A program made the position numbers and the translations under genes. This document shows positions 11,184 to 24,169 of a stretch of DNA of 64,000 nt, piece by piece. The DNA comes from Macrostomum hystrix (lineage: Eukaryota > Animalia > Platyhelminthes), in contig CATNEN010000001.1 of the NCBI GenBank assembly GCA_950097015.1, positions 10,912,001 to 10,976,000 on the forward strand, given 5' to 3'. Numbering within the stretch: the first letter of the stretch is position 1; every line of letters begins with the position of its first letter. Below the pieces are notes generated by a model. That model was not told the DNA's origin. It ran no database searches and saw nothing but the letters and a program-made list of their open reading frames with translations.

Positions 11184-12967
11184 AGAGCTGTGTTCAGTTA
11201 CAGAATCTCACCCAGAGATTCCACATTCATGATGCAGAGCTGTGTTCAGTTACAGAATCTCACCCTGAGATTCCACATTCATGATGCAGAGCTGTGTTCA
11301 GTTACAGAATCTCACCCTGAGATTCTACATTCATGATGCAGAGCTGTGTTCAGTTACAGAATCTCACCCTGAGATTCCACATTCATGATGCAGAGCTGTG
11401 CTCAGTTACAGAATCTCACCCAGAGATTCCACATTCACGATGCAGAGCTGTGTTCAGTTACAGAATCTCACCCAGAGATTCCACATTCACGATGCAGAGC
11501 TGTGTTCAGTTACAGAATCTCACCCAGAGATTCCACATTCACGATGCAGAGCTGTGTTCAGTTACAGAATCTCACCCAGAGATTCCACATTCACGATGCA
11601 GAGCTGTGTTCAGTTACAGAATCTCACCCAGAGATTCCACATTCATGATGCAGAGCTGTGTTTAGTTACAGAATCTCACCCTGAGATTCCACATTCATGA
11701 TGCAGAGCTGTGTTCAGTTACAGAATCTCACCCAGAGATTCCACATTCATGATGCAGAGCTGTGCTCAGTTACAGAATCTCACCCAGAGATTCCACATTC
11801 ACGATGCAGAGCTGTGTTCAGTTACAGAATCTCACCCAGAGATTCCACATTCACGATGCAGAGCTGTGTTCAGTTACAGAATCTCACCCAGAGATTCCAC
11901 ATTCACGATGCAGAGCTGTGTTCAGTTACAGAATCTCAACCAGAGATTCCACATTCACGATGCAGAGCTGTGTTCAGTTACAGAATCTCACCCAGAGATT
12001 CCACATTCATGATGCAGAGCTGTGTTTAGTTACAGAATCTCACCCTGAGATTCCACATTCATGATGCAGAGCTGTGTTCAGTTACAGAATCTCACCCAGA
12101 GATTCCACATTCATGATGCAGAACTGTGTTCAGTTACAGAATCTCACCCAGAGATTCCACATTCATGATGCAGAGCTGTGTTCAGTTACAGAATCTCAAC
12201 CAGAGATTCCACATTCACGATGCAGAGCTGTGTTCAGTTACAGAATCTCACCCAGAGATTCCACATTCACGATGCAGAGCTGTGTTCAGTTACAGAATCT
12301 CACCCAGAGATTCCACATTCACGATGCAGAGCTGTGTTCAGTTACAAAATCTCACCCAGAGATTCCACATTCATGATGCAGAGCTGTGTTCAGTTACAGA
12401 ATCTCACCCAGAGATTCCACATTCACGATGCAGAGCTGTGTTCAGTTACAGAATCTCACCCAGAGATTCCACATTCATGATGCAGAGCTGTGTTCAGTTA
12501 CAGAATCTCACCCAGAGATTCCACATTCACGATGCAGAGCTGTGTTCAGTTACAGAATCTCACCCAGATATTCCACATTCACGATGCAGAGCTGTGTTCA
12601 GTTACAGAATCTCACCCAGAGATTCCACATTCACGATGCAGAGCTGTGTTCAGTTACAGAATCTCACCCAGAGATTCCACATTCATGATGCAGAGCTGTG
12701 TTCAGTTACAGAATCTCACCCAGAGATTCCACATTCACGATGCAGAGCTGTGTTCAGTTACAGAATCTCACCCAGAGATTCCACATTCACGATGCAGAGC
12801 TGTGTTCAGTTACAGAATCTCACCCAGAGATTCCACATTCATGATGCAGAGCTGTGTTCAGTTACAGAATCTCACCCAGAGATTCCACATTCACGATGCA
12901 GAGCTGTGTTCAGTTACAGAATCTCACCCTGAGATTCCACATTCACGATGCAGAGCTGTGTTCAGTT
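11184..12967. repeat. 52-bp minisatellite AGAGCTGTGTTCAGTTACAGAATCTCACCCAGAGATTCCACATTCAYGATGC
   Basis: About 34 highly homogeneous head-to-tail copies with no spacers. Confidence 0.97.
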
Positions 12968-13569
12968 GCCTTCTAAGCCTGTTCCTTTCAACCTTCTAAA
13001 ATGATTTCTAAGAAGAAAAAATCCGATAAAACTAAAGCTACTTTGTGTCAACAAAGCGATTCAGAACCTCGTGTTACAATCTATCGCTTTCGTCACGTGA
13101 GAAGCACTGGTGGGGTTTTAGGGGTCTGGGAAGTGTTACTCTAAGGAAATAGAAGCGAGAAAATCAGGCAAATAACGTGCTGCTTTGTTCGTTAGCCTAT
13201 GACGAAACTAGCAAGAAATCTATTTTTAGCTTTTGATTGGGGGAGCCCCATGCGCTGTGCATTCACCAACAGCGTAACTGCTGTTCAGGCAGATCAGTTT
13301 TTTATCATAGATAGGACCAGCATTGGGTAAGTGAGGCAATTCCAACTGTCTGCGTGACTCACCGTATGCGATGCTTACTGATTACTGCTGGTAAATACTT
13401 GCGCTCATTTTACTGTACTTTTATTACGAGGCTCTAATTTTAGCATAGTTATACGGTTGACTATGCCGATTAAATTGATCAGTCATCATTGTGTGACTAA
13501 GCTCATGTCTATTGTATGATCTGCGAGCTGAAGCATTTAAAAATCTGTGTCCTACATGTAACACTTGAT

Positions 13570-14790
13570 GGTAATATAGGGAGACGGATTGGTAATGAAG
13601 AGAAACGGATTGGTAATGATGGCAGATGGATTGGTAATGAACGAAACATGGATTTGTAATTAAGGGAGATGGATTGGTAATGAAGGGGGATGGATTGGTA
13701 TGGTAATGAAAGGAGATGGATTGGTAATGAAGGGGGATGGATTGGTAATGAAAGGAGATGGATTGATAGTGAAAGGAGATAGATAGGTAAATAAAGGGGG
13801 GTGGATTGGTAATGAAGGGGGATGGATTGGTAATGAAAGGAGATGGATTGATAGTGAAAGGAGATAGATTGGTAAATAAAGGGGGTGGATTGGTAATGAA
13901 AGGAGATGGATTGATAGTGAAAGGAGATAGATAGGTAAATAAAGGGGGGTGGATTGGTAATGAAGGGGGATGGATTGGTAATGAAAGGAGATGGATTGAT
14001 AGTGAAAGGAGATAGATTGGTAAAAAAAGGGGGTGGTTTGGTAATGAAGGGGGATGGATTGGTAATGAAGGGGGATGGATTGGTAATGAAAGGAGATGGA
14101 TTGATAGTGAAAGGAGATAGATAGGTAAATAAAGGGGGGTGGATTGGTAATGAAGGGGGATGGATTGGTAATGAAAGGAGATGGATTGATAGTGAAAGGA
14201 GATAGATTGGTAAAAAAAGGGGGTGGATTGGTAATGAAGGGGGATGGATTGGTAATGAAGGGGGATGGATTGGTAATGAAAGGAGATGGATTGATAGTGA
14301 AAGGAGATAGATTGGTAAATAAAGGGGGTGGATTGGTAATGAAAGGAGATGGATTGATAGTGAAAGGAGATAGATTGGTAAATAAAGGGGGTGGATTGGT
14401 AATGAAGGGGGATGGATTGGTAATGAAGGGGGATGGATTGGTAATGAAAGGAGATGGATTGATAGTGAAAGGAGATAGATTGGTAAATAAAGGGGGTGGA
14501 TTGGTAATGAAAGGAGATGGATTGATAGTGAAAGGAGATAGATTGGTAAATAAAGGGGGTGGATTGGTAATGAAGGGGGATGGATTGGTAATGAAGGGGG
14601 ATGGATTGGTATGGTAATGAAAGGAGATGGATTGGTAATGAAGGGGGATGGATTGGTAATGAAAGGAGATGGATTGATAGTGAAAGGAGATAGATTGGTA
14701 AATAATGGGGGGTGGATTGGTAATGAAGGGGGATAGATTGGTAATGAAGGCGGGTGGATTGGTAATGAAGGGAGGCAGAGTAGTACTATA
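13570..14790. repeat. 21-bp purine-rich minisatellite (AATGAAGGGGGATGGATTGGT variants)
   Basis: Tandem copies of 4 recurring variants. Confidence 0.93.
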
Positions 14791-16134
14791 GGGAGTAAAA
14801 TTAGTAATGAAAGCTATGTAGAGTTGTAATCAATGCAAACTGATTGGCATGGTATTTAAGGGAAAGATTAAGGTGAAGAGTCGCATTAACTCAAAACCGA
14901 ACTAAAAAAGACTCGCAGCAATTAAAAGCACAATTTTAAACACCAGGTGCTGCAATCGGCAGAGTTAACTGCTAATTTGAGCTAGCTTCTTGTTATAAAG
15001 TATATTGTGTATTGAATGCCGAACGCTTATTAAGTAAGCAACACAAAACAGAAGCGCAAACAGGCATTACAAAGTAAATTAAGAGTATTAAGTTGGGGAA
15101 ACAAGCATCAATTGACAAGTTCAACAAACAATTTACACAGGACACAAACGGGCAAGCAGGTACCTGTAATGATTAAAACTAAGTAGGGAATTACTGACAA
15201 GCTTAAAATATTGTTCTGTCTCAATTATTTAATTCGTCAGTCTTATAGTGAGAGTTTGAGACTAGTTTGAGTCTGGGATTTTTAACAAGAAAAGGATAAG
15301 TTCCCTAATCTATTGGAGGGTACAGTTAGATATTACGGCGCTGCTAGTGTTATGCAATAAGTATTGGTGAGTATTGGTGAGTATTGGTGAGTATTGGTGA
15401 GTGAATATGTCTGTGTGTGTACCAAATCAGCTTGAATGAAATTTTAACTATATAACATATTGACATGGGCGAGCATGCGACAGTTGAGGCAATACATACA
15501 TCAATAAAACAATGGAACAGCAACAGCGGAGAAGGCGCGAAAGTTAAATTGGAACAGGAAATTTTATTAAACAGATTGGCCAAATTGAGCACGACGAAAA
15601 CTGGCCTAGGCCAGGTCGGCACGGGACAGAGCAGCTTAGGGGATATTGTGCGGATGTTGACGCCGACAGACGACAATAAGTACACTTCAGGCAGTTGGAT
15701 CCGGTAGATACCAATTTGGGATTTCGCTACTTGGGATTGAGTGTTTCATTTATGACCTGAGATATTGACACTATAGGATTTTTAATGCTAATATTTGGGA
15801 TTTAGTATTTCGCTACATAGGAACAAAGGCATAGATTTTTTGGATCTAGGATTTCGATCTCATATTTGAGAGTGGGATCCCTTCCCTAAGGAACTGGGAT
15901 CTTACAATCGAAACCCTTTAAACTGAAAGATGCCGTTTTTCAAACTCATAAACTAAACAGTTCTTGGAAGCCAGCAGTGGCAGCAACCAAATTTTAAAAG
16001 CACCACCAGGTAAAAACAACAATAAAACAAAGATTAGATGCAACAAACTGGTTGGCCTAAAGATCTTTTGGTTTCGTAATAAAAGCGGCGAGTTAAGAAA
16101 TAGAAGACTTAATTGTTTGCACAAGAAGCCAGGA

Positions 16135-16466
16135 TCATTTGTGGCCCTTGACAGCGTCAGCGCGGCACACCGGGCAGGTTCGGTTGTGACGCAGCCAGCG
16201 GTCAACGCAGCGCGAATGAAACTCGTGCGAGCAGGCCAGGGCGCGCAGCTGCTGGCGCGGCTCGAAGTCGCACATGCAGACAACGCAGCTGGTCTGGCTG
16301 CCGGAGCTGCAGCCGTTGGCCAGGTAGCGATAGGTGGGCAGGCTGTCTAGCTCGGCTTTGGACATGCCGCGGGGCTTGTTGTCACCGATCTGAGCAGCTA
16401 GGTGCAGCAAGCTGTCCATGTTGTTGGCAGCTGATGCTCGGCTGTGATGCTGCTGCTGCTGAGGTA

Positions 16467-16506
<40 letters not shown>

Positions 16507-19500
16507 ATGGTGATGTAGCTGATGCTGGTGGTGCTGACGAGACTGATGAGGCATGACAAAAGACGCTGACTGTTGTTGTTGCTGCAGCTGTTGGTTATGC
16601 TGCTGCTGATCTAGCATGGCTAGAAAGTGCAACAGGAAGCCAGGGTACGGAGCTGGTGGAGGCGGTGGCGGTGGCGGCTGCTGCTGAAGGCGATGGAGGT
16701 GTTGCTGCTGCTGCTGTTGTTGCTGTTGATGGTGAAAGCAGCAGAAAGCCGGACAATAGGCAGCGGCAGCAGCGGCAGCGGCGGCGGCAGCAGCTGCTGC
16801 AGCCGAAGCCGGCAGGTAGCAGGCGGGATGAGTGGGATGCTGCTGATAGAACTGACCGTGATGCGGCTGCTGCTGATGCGCTGGGTACGGAAGACCCTGG
16901 GACAGCATCGCCTGGGTATGATACGCGGAGCTAGACCCTGCCGCCTGCTGCTGCTGCTGCTGCTGGTAGGCTATGGCTGCCGCGGATGGGTGCAAGTTGG
17001 CTGACTGCTGCTGCTGCTGCTGCTGCCGACCCTCGGGTCGAGTTGGATGAAGTATCTGACGCTGCATGGGTAGCGCTTGTTGCTGCTGCTGCTGCTGCTG
17101 CTGACGCACTACTGGCTGCTGCGGCTGCTGCTGTACAGAAACCCGCGACGGTTGAGGCAAACTTAGCGGCAACTGATACGGCACAGCGGTGGCCGAAGCC
17201 GTAGCGGAGAATGTCGCGGCGGCGGACGATGCACCCGCGGCGGTTGGAGCCGAGCGTAGCCTGGTTTGCGGGCTGCGAAACAGTGGAAGGGAATCAATTA
17301 GGCCTCTTTAATGTAAATTATATATACAAAAGCACATGCACAATTGAGATGGGAGAGTCAATTAGTAAGTTTGGCATTTCCACCTTGGCCGCCTGTGTCT
17401 CAGGTGCGCCTGCAATTGTCGCATCATTAATCGCGCATTCAACTGAGCGCAATAAGTGGTTGCTAGGCGGATTAGGAGAAGTCGGACACTGGAACTGGCA
17501 GCTTCGAGTGGTAGGCAGCGAAGCAACAGGCGAGCCTGCTGCCTAGTAGCCGCTCTGTCAGCCCGGTGCTTGGCTACAAACTCTGCAATTCGAGTTTCGA
17601 TTGATGAGGCCTCGTCAGCGGCTGAGTTGCCATCGCTGGATTGCAGCTGCGGCAGGACCCAGGCGCAAAACTGCTGGTAAAATGCGTCCAACAAGTGATC
17701 GAATAGAGCTGTGAGGCTGTAGATACTACTGCCGCTGCTCCTGCTGTTGCTGCTTCCGGCGGTTGCCAGGGGTAACAAGTAGTCAACAAACAAGATTCCT
17801 CGATCCGGAGGCGACCAAAGAAAATGGAAAGCGGCCGCCGCAGCCGCAGCCGCAGCAGCTGCACTGCCAGTTGTTGAAGCTGACAAAGTATCTGTTGTCG
17901 GTCTAGGCCTGCGGCATCGATGAGGCAGCAGCAGCTGGGTGACTGAGTCGCCAATGCTGCGATAGGCCTGCTGCCAGGCCTGACTCTCCGACTGGGGCAC
18001 TAGCGGCATTGCAGCGGCCGAGAAGGTATTATAATAGAATAAAACTATCTGTCTGCTGACTGGACTCCTAGACACTGACTGGACCTCAGGCCGCCGAAAA
18101 AGAATAGCAGTTTTATATACGCAAGCGCCCTCATGGGGACTACCATGTGAGGGCATGACGTCGCTGGGAGAGAGGTGGGCCGCCTTGGAGGAAAGGGGAA
18201 GCAGAAGGGTAGGGATTCAAGGCGCGGAGAATAGTAATGTAATAAATGTGCTTGGGCTGGGCAGAGAAGGATGAATAATCCGCCTATTAGCTAATCTATT
18301 CTAACAACCCCTCCCGCTGCATAAGCTTTTTTAAGCCTGCAAAGGCGCGCGCTCGCCTGCTGGTAGCTGCTAAAGGAAGGAGGGTGGGTGGTAGAGTTTT
18401 CAGCGTGAACGGAGGGGTGGGGTTAGGGGTGGCTGGGCTGCTGGGGTTCCGGCCAGTGAGTCACGAATGAACATTCATAAAATTTTCTTTGTACACTTCA
18501 GGCCGGGAATTCCCCAATTTCAAAATTTGAGTTCTAAAAATAGATCGTGCGGTAAAGCGAGAGGACAAGACCTTATCTTAACTCAAGGGATTCCCTCCCC
18601 CAACCCAAAATGTTCACCCCAAAACCCGCGCGCGTTCGGGTCACGCCGGGTGAGTAATGCGTGCGGCGCGGCGGGCTATACAACTCAGTGTACTGCTTTA
18701 TTGTTATATGCATAATTATATAGAAGCATACAATACAAATACAAGCGCAGCAATATTGAACTGGGCAGGCAGTTATATAGATATACACAAACTGGTCAAA
18801 TATAGAGCTGAAATAATTCCTTTGGGAGCAAGGAATTTATAGTGAATGGCTTCAACTGTTGAATATAGCACTGGCTGGAGAGGGAATAAGAGAAAGACAG
18901 GAAACAAAGAACTGGGTCAGATCTGTATTTGGGGAAGGGGAGAGAGAGTGCACAAGTTTCGAACAGGGTATTGGGAAAATGAATTAAAATATTACAGCAC
19001 CGAGTAAGAGGGGGTTGAAAGTGTTCAAAAGCAACAGCGCGGGCCAGTTTCCCTGGGGTCGCGAATAAGAGGAGCTTGTAAACCCGATTTTAGGACAAAA
19101 AAGGCTTCTAATTTCCTGAAGTGCTCCTTCGTGCCATAAGCTAGATTCCGGCTGACTGATTGAAAGCCCGTCCCCAACTTCATTCATCGCGAACATAAAG
19201 GTGGCGGCGGGAGGGGGAGAATCATAGGATTTATGGCTTCCCTATCTTTTTGGCTGTTTAGTAAACAATAGAAATGGAGGGCATTGTTAGAAGCCACTGC
19301 GTCAAGTCAAATGACAACGTGCCGGTCGTTTAATTTTTTGATGCACGACGTGACCAACAAACCTCGATACCATATAACAAAATAAATAATAAACAAAAGG
19401 AAATCTAACTGCCGTACATATTAGTAACTGGGCAGAATAACGTAGTACAAGCAGCCGTGAATTCCTTGTTTGCCGCCCAGTTGAGTTCTTCTCTCTTACT

Positions 19501-19850
19501 TAGAATGCAAAAACTGAATAGAAATGTTTCAAACGGGCACAAAGAGAGTCAGATTACCTTTGACTCTGATATAGGACTTGACTGAGCTGGTAATGCTGTT
19601 GATTGTAATGCTGCTGCTGCTGGGCTAGGCGCTGCTGCTGCTGATGCTGTTCCTGCGGTGATAACTGTCTGCGCCCAACTGCACCAGCCTGTTGCATGGC
19701 TGCGTTAGCAGCTCCGCCACTGCCTACAGCGCTAGCGCCGCTGCCACTACTACTGGCAGAAACTGCATTGGCGGAGGCAGTCGCCGCCTGGCTGGCATTG
19801 TTTGAAGAAATTCGCCTACGCTTTCGAAGTGGCGGAGAATCCGTGCCCGA
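16135..19850 (-). CDS. RNF38: RNF38/RNF44 (murashka)-like RING-H2 E3 ubiquitin ligase; exons 19850-19558 and 17260-16135, further exons upstream
   Basis: C-terminal RING-H2 CVVCMCDFE...CSHEFHSRCVDRWLRHNRTCPVCR preceded by LLHLAAQIGDNKPRGMSKAELDSLPTYRY. PYPGFLLHFLAML motif and DSPPLRKRRRIS NLS-like motif. Phase-2 junction AG|gtaatc...ccag|G. Confidence 0.85.
17384..18009 (-). CDS. Candidate alternative first coding exon of the RNF38-like gene (or nested ORF ending at 17362)
   Basis: Non-repeat GC-rich ORF from ATG 18009. Donor AG|GTGGAA at 17384/17383 is in phase 2, matching the acceptor at 17260. Confidence 0.5.
18111..18163 (-). promoter_or_regulatory. TATA box (TATATAAAA) and CRE-like TGACGTC upstream of the candidate alternative exon
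   Basis: Plus-strand ttttatatac at 18111-18120 and tgacgtc at 18156-18162, about 100-150 nt upstream of ATG 18009. Confidence 0.35.
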
Positions 19851-19857
19851 CTGCAAT

Positions 19858-20886
19858 GGCAGAGGGTGAGAGAGGCAGAGGGTGAGAGTGGTAGTGGGTG
19901 AGAGAGGCAGAGGGTGAGAGAGGCAGAGGGTGAGAGAGGCAGAGAGTGAGAGTGGCACAGGTGAGAGAGGCAGAGGGTGAGAGAGGCAGAGGGTAATAGA
20001 GGCAGAGGGTGTGAGAGGCAGAGGTTAGAGAGGCAGAGGGTGAGAGAGTCAGAGGGTGAAAGTGGCAGAGGTGAGAGAGTCAGAGGGTGAGAGAGGCAGA
20101 GAGTGAGAGAGTCAGAGGTGAGAGAGGCAGAGAGTGAGTGTGGCAGAGGTGAGAGAGGCAGAGGGTGAGAGAGGCAGAGGAGAGAGTGGCAGAGGGTGAG
20201 AGTGGTAGTGGGTGAGAGAGGCAGAGGTGAGAGAGGCAGAGGTGAGAGAGGCAGAGAGTGAGAGTGGCAGAGGTGAGAGAGGCAGAGGTGAGAGAGTTAG
20301 AGGGATAGAGAGGCAGAGGGTGAGAGAGGCAGAGGGTGAGAGAGGCAGAGGGTGAAAGTGGCAGAGGTGAGAGAGGCAGAGAGTGAGAGTGGCAGAGGTG
20401 AGAGAGGCAGAGGGTGAGAGAGGCAGAGGGTGAGAGAGGCAGAGGGTGAGAGAGGCAGAGAGTGATTGTGGCAGAGGTGAGAGAGGCAGAGGTGAGAGAG
20501 GCAGAGGTGAGAGAGGCAGAGGGTGAGAGAGGCAGAGGGTGAGAGTGGCAGAGGTGAGAGAGGCAGAGGGTGAGAGAGGCAGAGGTGAGAGTGGCAGAGG
20601 GTGAGAGAGGCAGAGAGTGAGTGGCAGAGGTGAGAGAGGCAGAGAGTGAGAGTGGCAGAGGTGAGAGAGTCAGAGGGTGAGAGAGGCAGAGGTGAGAGTG
20701 GCAGAGGGTGAGAGAGGCAGAGAGTGAGTGGCAGAGGTGAGAGAGGCAGAGAGTGAGAGTGGCAGAGGTGAGAGAGTCAGAGGGTGAGAGAGGCAGAGGG
20801 TGAGAGTGGCAGAGGTGAGAGAGTCAGAGGGTGAGAGAGTCAGAGGGTGAGAGAGGCAGAGGGTGAGAGAGGCAGAGGTGAGAGTG
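19858..20886. repeat. 17/18-bp GA-rich minisatellite (GAGAGAGGCAGAGGGT) abutting the RNF38-like acceptor
   Basis: Tandem copies, pyrimidine-rich on the sense strand, ending about 7 nt from the CAG at 19851. Confidence 0.92.
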
Positions 20887-21907
20887 CGAGTATGTGGACC
20901 CCAGTGATAGTGGGTAAAGATAAGAGAATGAAAGTTGAATACCGAAGGCCTTTCAAGTGCATAGAGTGACAAAGGCACAGATAAGGAGAAAATTAATATT
21001 TGACTGTGCGCAATCATACTATACACTAGATTTCATGCTCTTATCAGAATTCGGAATCTATCCCTAAACTCCACTGACAAGTTCGCACTCGACTCGAAAA
21101 GCATTGACTAAATAAGGAAATAAATAATATCCATTCAAACCCATTCTGACCCAGGTGAACTGCCTGGGAACAAAGAGTAGGAAAAATAAGGAACGAACTT
21201 TGGGGGGGAGGAGAGACAGAAGGACGGAAATCTTTGTGGACGCACCAAAAGATCCTCGTATTTGGGGAGTGGGATCTTTTCCCCACTAGCTAAGCCATAG
21301 TTGGAAATGGGGTACCGGCTGCAGAGCTGCAGTCGGAGGGAGCGCATTGGTGTCAAAGTCAAAATACCATACAGCCGTATAAGCTTTACCAAGGCTTTGT
21401 GGCGCTTTTTAGTAGTAGAGGGGAATTGTGGAAGCGGGTAAGTAAGGGAAGTGGGACAGGCGGGAAATGCCCATGCGGGCGCCTCCAGTTAATTCACACT
21501 GCACAGCTGTGGGAAATGCACGATACACTTCTAGCAGCAGCAGTAGCAGCAGTGAATCACCCAAGAACAAAGACTCAGCACAAAAGCTCAGCAATTTTCC
21601 CTGCAGGGAATATTAGGCAAAATTTGAATGTATCACTAAGTGGAAGACATGGCAAATTGAGTTCGTTGAGTTCAAGAGAGACGCATGACTGCAGCTTTTG
21701 TTGTTGGCCTTCTAATAATATTGTGCAAAATTGCGATGCTAAATAAAGTAGAATATTAGCGCATAAGCTAGGCTTGCCCTGAAGCTGAATGAATAGTGCT
21801 AGCTATGGGTGGGTCCAACTAATGCCCATAAAGCTACTTATAATAGAAGATTGAGGGCAGGGCCGATCCTGTTTTCCTTGCGTGAGAGTGCGCCTCTCTC
21901 TGTCTAA

Positions 21908-21914
21908 GGTAGGT

Positions 21915-21953
<39 letters not shown>

Positions 21954-21954
21954 T

Positions 21955-21997
<43 letters not shown>

Positions 21998-22010
21998 TAG
22001 GCAGGCAGGC
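21908..22010. repeat. (GGCA)n microsatellite
   Basis: About 25 copies. Confidence 0.95.
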
Positions 22011-22539
22011 ATGCAGTGGAAATGGAGACGCAGCAGCTAAGGCTTCAGCGTGAGTGTATTGTGTATGTGTATACACTATACAGGTATATAGCCAGCGTGC
22101 AACCCAATGCATTCAGGGCTTGTGTGCATTATTCAGGACTGAAGGGCCATCGAGTGAAGAGGGCTGTGCCCCCGTAAAGCACTGCTAATGTAGTTAATGG
22201 AGGTATGGGGCATAAACTATAAGCTGTAAATTTATCTGAAGGACAAGCAGAGCAAACAGCATGATGTGAACACAAAGCATTGCTAAATAAGGAAATGGGG
22301 GCATACCATTGTGTGCAGTATTAGCAGCATGCGATCAAACAATTAGGAGCTGCTTCTAAGTATAAATAAAAATGGAAGGAATCTTCGAAAGAGAATCGGT
22401 GTTGAATACATAAACTGTCTCGACAAATCTGAATGCGTGTGTACAGTCTTATAAGAAATATGACTAGGTACTTACTTGCTCTCCAGTCTCAACACTTTAT
22501 GCCTCATCTTCCTTTCTCACAACCCGTTAAATCTATTCC

Positions 22540-23535
22540 TGTCTTATCTCTGCCCTGTCTTATCTCTCCAATGTCTCATCACTCCCGTGTCTTATCTCTC
22601 CTGTGTCTCATCTCTTTCCTGTCTTATCTCTCCAATGTCTCATCACTCCCGTGTCTTATCTCTCCTGTGTCTCATCTCTTTCCTGTCTTATCTCTCCAAT
22701 GTCTCATCACTCCCGTGTGTTATCTCTCCTGTGTCTCATCTCTTTCCTGTCTTATCTCTCCAATGTCTCATCACTCCCGTGTCTTATCTCTCCTGTGTCT
22801 CATCTCTTTCCTGTCTTATCTCTCCAATGTCTCATCACTCCCGTGTCTTATCTCTCCTGTGTCTCATCTCTTTCCTGTCTTATCTCTCCCGTGTCTTATC
22901 TCTCCCGTGTCTTATCTCTCCCGTGTCTTATCTCTCCTGTGTCTCATCTCTTTCCTGTCTTATCTCTTTCCTGTCTTATCTCTCCTGTGTCTTATCTCTC
23001 CTGTGTCTCATCTCTTTCCTGTCTTATCTCTTTCCTGTCTTATCTCTCCTGTGTCTTATCTCTCCTGTGTCTCATCTCTTTCCTGTCTTATCTCTCCCGT
23101 GTCTTATCTCTCCTGTGTCTTATCTCTTCCGTGTCTCATCTCTCCCGTGTCTCATCTCTCCTGTGTCTCATCTCTCCAATGTCTCATCACTCCCGTATCT
23201 CATCTCTTTCCTGTCTCATCTCTTCCGTGTCTTATCTCTGCCCTGTCTTATCTCTGCCCTGTCTTATCTCTGCCCTGTCTTATCTCTCCCGTGTCTCATC
23301 TCTCCTGTGTCTTATCTCTCCAATGTCTCATCACTCCCGTGTCTCATCTCTTTCCTGTCTTATCTCTCCCGTGTCTTATCTGTTTCCTGTCTCATCTCTC
23401 CCGTGTCTTATCTCTCCCGTGTCTTATCTCTCCTGTGTCTTATCTCTCCAATGTCTCATCTCTCCCCTGTCTCATCTCTCCTGTGTCTTATCTCTCCCCT
23501 GTCTCATCTCTCCGTGTCTCATCTCTCCCCTGTGT
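22540..23535. repeat. 16-bp CT-rich minisatellite (CCGTGTCTYATCTCTC)
   Basis: Tandem copies; inverted homologue of 9975-10780. Confidence 0.93.
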
Positions 23536-24169
23536 CCATTTTTCTTCGTTTCATCTCATAAGGAGAAAAAAGAAGACGCCAGGTTAAACGGTAGTGGCTT
23601 CTCAAATTGTTTGAAAGGGCCAGCAGCGAAAAGATACTTGCTGCATATAGTCTAACACAGCTGGGAGAGCTGTGCATCATGTTTATGCTACAGTTAAAAC
23701 AAAGCCGCTGGTGCTTCTGATGGTACCGAATCAATTACAAGAGCTATGTAAAAGCACACAACGCCACAAGATAGAAATGGACTCTTGGACTAGAATTTTG
23801 AAATCGTATAAACAAAAATGCACATAAATAAATTATATGCAGATATATGACCATGCAGCTATTGTGTGTTCCCTATAATTCATAGCTAGCTGGTACCACA
23901 AAGCATTAAGATGCGATTATTTGAATAATAATTAATGAACAGATGGGGGCGAACCAGATCCATATATAATTTAAAATTTAGTTCCAAGTGATTAGAAATG
24001 ACATTATGTACATATTCCATTGGCTTCCGCAGTTAAGGAATTCGGTATTTTAAACCACCCGAAAACTGATTCGAACTCTAAAATATCGGAACTGAAGTCC
24101 CATCTTTTAGATCTCAAGTGAACCCAAAATCATTAGTTTTTTCGAAAATAACCTGAACTCTGCATCTGA

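Noticed and set aside
11184-12967. CRISPR-like appearance of the 52-bp, 30-bp and 31-bp arrays
   Set aside because: No unique spacers, no cas genes, and a eukaryotic context.
4636-14617. Long periodic ORFs (VSVHIPT, SEVSNRLNEG, SHLSRVSSLPCLI, RISPRDSTF, VMKGDGL)
   Set aside because: They are translations of stop-free minisatellites in introns or intergenic DNA and are open in several frames.
15350-16134. Short ORFs downstream of the RING exon
   Set aside because: They are consistent with 3'UTR or antisense sequence and have no domain signal.
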